From positions 1 through 63,469 of the forward strand of contig JARQTN010000084.1 of the NCBI GenBank assembly GCA_029976695.1: a DNA stretch of 63,469 nt, read 5' to 3'. The translations under genes and the position numbers were made by a program. The notes under the pieces are model-generated. The model was not told the DNA's origin. It was given only the letters and a program-made list of their open reading frames with translations, and ran no database searches. Positions 61,832 through 63,469 of this stretch are shown here, piece by piece. Each line of letters starts with the position of its first letter. The stretch's first letter is position 1. The DNA is from Lewinellaceae bacterium. GTDB taxonomy: Bacteria; Bacteroidota; Bacteroidia; Chitinophagales; Saprospiraceae.

Positions 61832-63469
61832 CTAATTCAGCTTGTACTTCAGTCCAAGGTCCTCCAGTTTTCCGACAAAAAGGTTATCCGCCTTGACGCG
61901 CGCCTTCCTGGAGACAAGGTTCAGCAGGATATCCTCGTCCTTGTCGATCACCTGCACCTTAAGTTTATGGGCGCCTTTGTGTTCCGCACAAACCTTGTTG
62001 ATCTTGCTGATCACGGACTGGCTCACGGTATGCACCGGGATGCGGATGGTGATCGAATTCGTCATTTCCTCGCCAATCGAATCGAGCTGCCTGATATCTG
62101 TGACATTGAACATGAAGTCCTTTCCGTTCCAGTCTTTCTGGTAAAACCCTTCAATGTACAGGGCTTCTCCCGGCTCGAGCAGACTCTTGTATTTCATATA
62201 ATTTTCCCTGAAGAGCGGGATCGTGAGGGAACCCCGGAAATCCTGGATGGTCACCTGCCCCCATCCTGTCCCTTTCCGGCTGATCCGGTGCTGGGCGTCC
62301 GTGACGATGCCTGCGATTTTGAGCTGCCTGTCCCTGTAGGCGTCCACGAGGTCGAGCGGACAGTTGGTGAAGTTTTCGATCTCCAGCCTGTAATCATCCA
62401 GCGGGTGGCCGCTGATGTAGATCCCTGTGACCTCTTTTTCCTTTGTCAGCTCGTGGATCAGGCTCCATTTCGGTGCTTCCGGGATGTCAGGTTCGGAAAG
62501 GGCGAATGCGGACATGTCCCCGAACAGCGAATGCTGCGTGCTTTCCTTTTGGTCCTGGTAGGCATGGCCGTATTTCAGGGCATGCTCGATCAGGGTGTCG
62601 TATTTTTCCGAAGGTGCAAAATACTGTGCCCGGTGGATCCCTTCAAAGCAATCCAGTGCGCCGCCAAGCACGAGGCTCTCCAGGCATTTCTTGTTCACAG
62701 CCCTCAGGTTTACCCTGCGTGTCAGGTCGAAAATGCTGTCAAACGGACCGTTTTCCTCCCTTTCTGACACAATCGCCTCGACCGGTCCTTCACCCATGTT
62801 CTTCAGCGCGGAGAGACCGAAACGGATGTCACCGTCCTGGTTTACGGTAAAATTGAGGTTGCTCTCGTTGACGTCGGGCGGGAGCACACGGATCTGCAGG
62901 CGTTTGGCTTCCCTGAGGAAGAAATTCAGCTTTGAAATATCATTTTTATTGTGCGTCAGGACCGAAGCCATGAATTCTGCCGGGTGGTTCGCTTTCAGCC
63001 AGGCGGTCTGGTAGGCCAGCAGGGAGTATGCGGCAGCATGGGACCGGTTGAAGCCATAGCTGGCGAACCTGGCCATGATGTCGAAGATCTCGTTGGCCTT
63101 TTCCTTTTCGACGCCTTTTTTCACGGCACCTTCTTCAAAGATCTTGGCATGGCGCTCCATCTCCTTGATCTTCTTTTTCCCCATGGCGCGCCTGAGCATG
63201 TCCGCTTTTCCAAGGCTGTAGTCGGCCATGATCTGGGCGGCCTGCATGATCTGCTCCTGGTAGACCATGATCCCGTAGGTCGGTTTCAGGATCTCCTCGA
63301 GCCAGGGATGCGGATATTCCACCTTCTCCAGGCCATGTTTCCTGTTGATGAAGGAAGGAATGTAGTCCATCGGGCCCGGGCGGTACAGGGCATTCATCGC
63401 GATCAGGTCCTCAAACGTGGTGGGCTTGAGTTCGCGCATGTACTTGCGCATCCCGTCGGATTCAAACTG
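61832..63469 (-). CDS. dnaE: DNA polymerase III subunit alpha, C-terminal portion (gene continues beyond the window end)
   Basis: ORF open to the window edge. 'FNRSHAAAYSLLAYQTAWLKANHP', OB-fold and tau-binding region. C-terminus '...LKYKLN'. Confidence 0.85.
   Translation of the reverse strand, partial: QFESDGMRKYMRELKPTTFEDLIAMNALYRPGPMDYIPSFINRKHGLEKVEYPHPWLEEILKPTYGIMVYQEQIMQAAQIMADYSLGKADMLRRAMGKKKIKEMERHAKIFEEGAVKKGVEKEKANEIFDIMARFASYGFNRSHAAAYSLLAYQTAWLKANHPAEFMASVLTHNKNDISKLNFFLREAKRLQIRVLPPDVNESNLNFTVNQDGDIRFGLSALKNMGEGPVEAIVSEREENGPFDSIFDLTRRVNLRAVNKKCLESLVLGGALDCFEGIHRAQYFAPSEKYDTLIEHALKYGHAYQDQKESTQHSLFGDMSAFALSEPDIPEAPKWSLIHELTKEKEVTGIYISGHPLDDYRLEIENFTNCPLDLVDAYRDRQLKIAGIVTDAQHRISRKGTGWGQVTIQDFRGSLTIPLFRENYMKYKSLLEPGEALYIEGFYQKDWNGKDFMFNVTDIRQLDSIGEEMTNSITIRIPVHTVSQSVISKINKVCAEHKGAHKLKVQVIDKDEDILLNLVSRKARVKADNLFVGKLEDLGLKYKLN

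Noticed and set aside
1-63469. CRISPR arrays, tRNA/rRNA genes, IS elements and integrons
   Set aside because: I scanned the intergenic regions by eye. There were no direct-repeat/spacer arrays, no cloverleaf-compatible 70-90-nt segments, and no transposase or integrase ORFs.

Overview
This 63.5-kb window looks like a Bacteroidota chromosomal segment. Supporting signs are a PorP/SprF gene, a T9SS type-A C-terminal sorting domain, a complete Na+-NQR nqrABCDEF operon and TAnnTTTG-like promoter boxes. Most of it is housekeeping: tadA, guaB, mpg-type glycosylase, prs, rplY, adk, obg, parE-like topoisomerase, lon, metF, fahA, pnuC, nqrA-F, metG, lnt, fumC, sod and the 3' end of dnaE. Several accessory, cell-envelope loci sit among these genes. 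(1) A signal-peptide-bearing ~1050-aa fibre-like protein made of YadA-head-like 'NTAxG' repeats, ending in an endosialidase-type (peptidase S74) self-cleaving chaperone domain with a Ser-x4-Lys dyad and a coiled coil. (2) A 2841-aa single-ORF T9SS cargo with at least 14 tandem ~82-aa cysteine-rich HYR-like modules, a Cna-B/CarbopepD_reg-like domain, a dockerin-like and a cohesin-like module, and a type-A T9SS C-terminal domain. (3) A three-gene minus-strand cluster: a CCP/MauG-like di-heme cytochrome c, a predicted beta-barrel protein, and a small PSCyt1-like lipoprotein with a non-canonical CX4CH motif. A bacilliredoxin gene lies next to it. (4) A TolC plus membrane-fusion-protein pair with no inner-membrane pump gene beside it. 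(5) Divergently arranged flotillin and NfeD genes with a perfect 12-bp palindrome between them. (6) A PorP/SprF - OmpA(TPR/beta-propeller) - DUF1573 module. I saw no CRISPR array, tRNA, rRNA, integrase or transposase. Internal coordinates such as terminators and palindromes were counted by hand and may be off by 1-2 nt.
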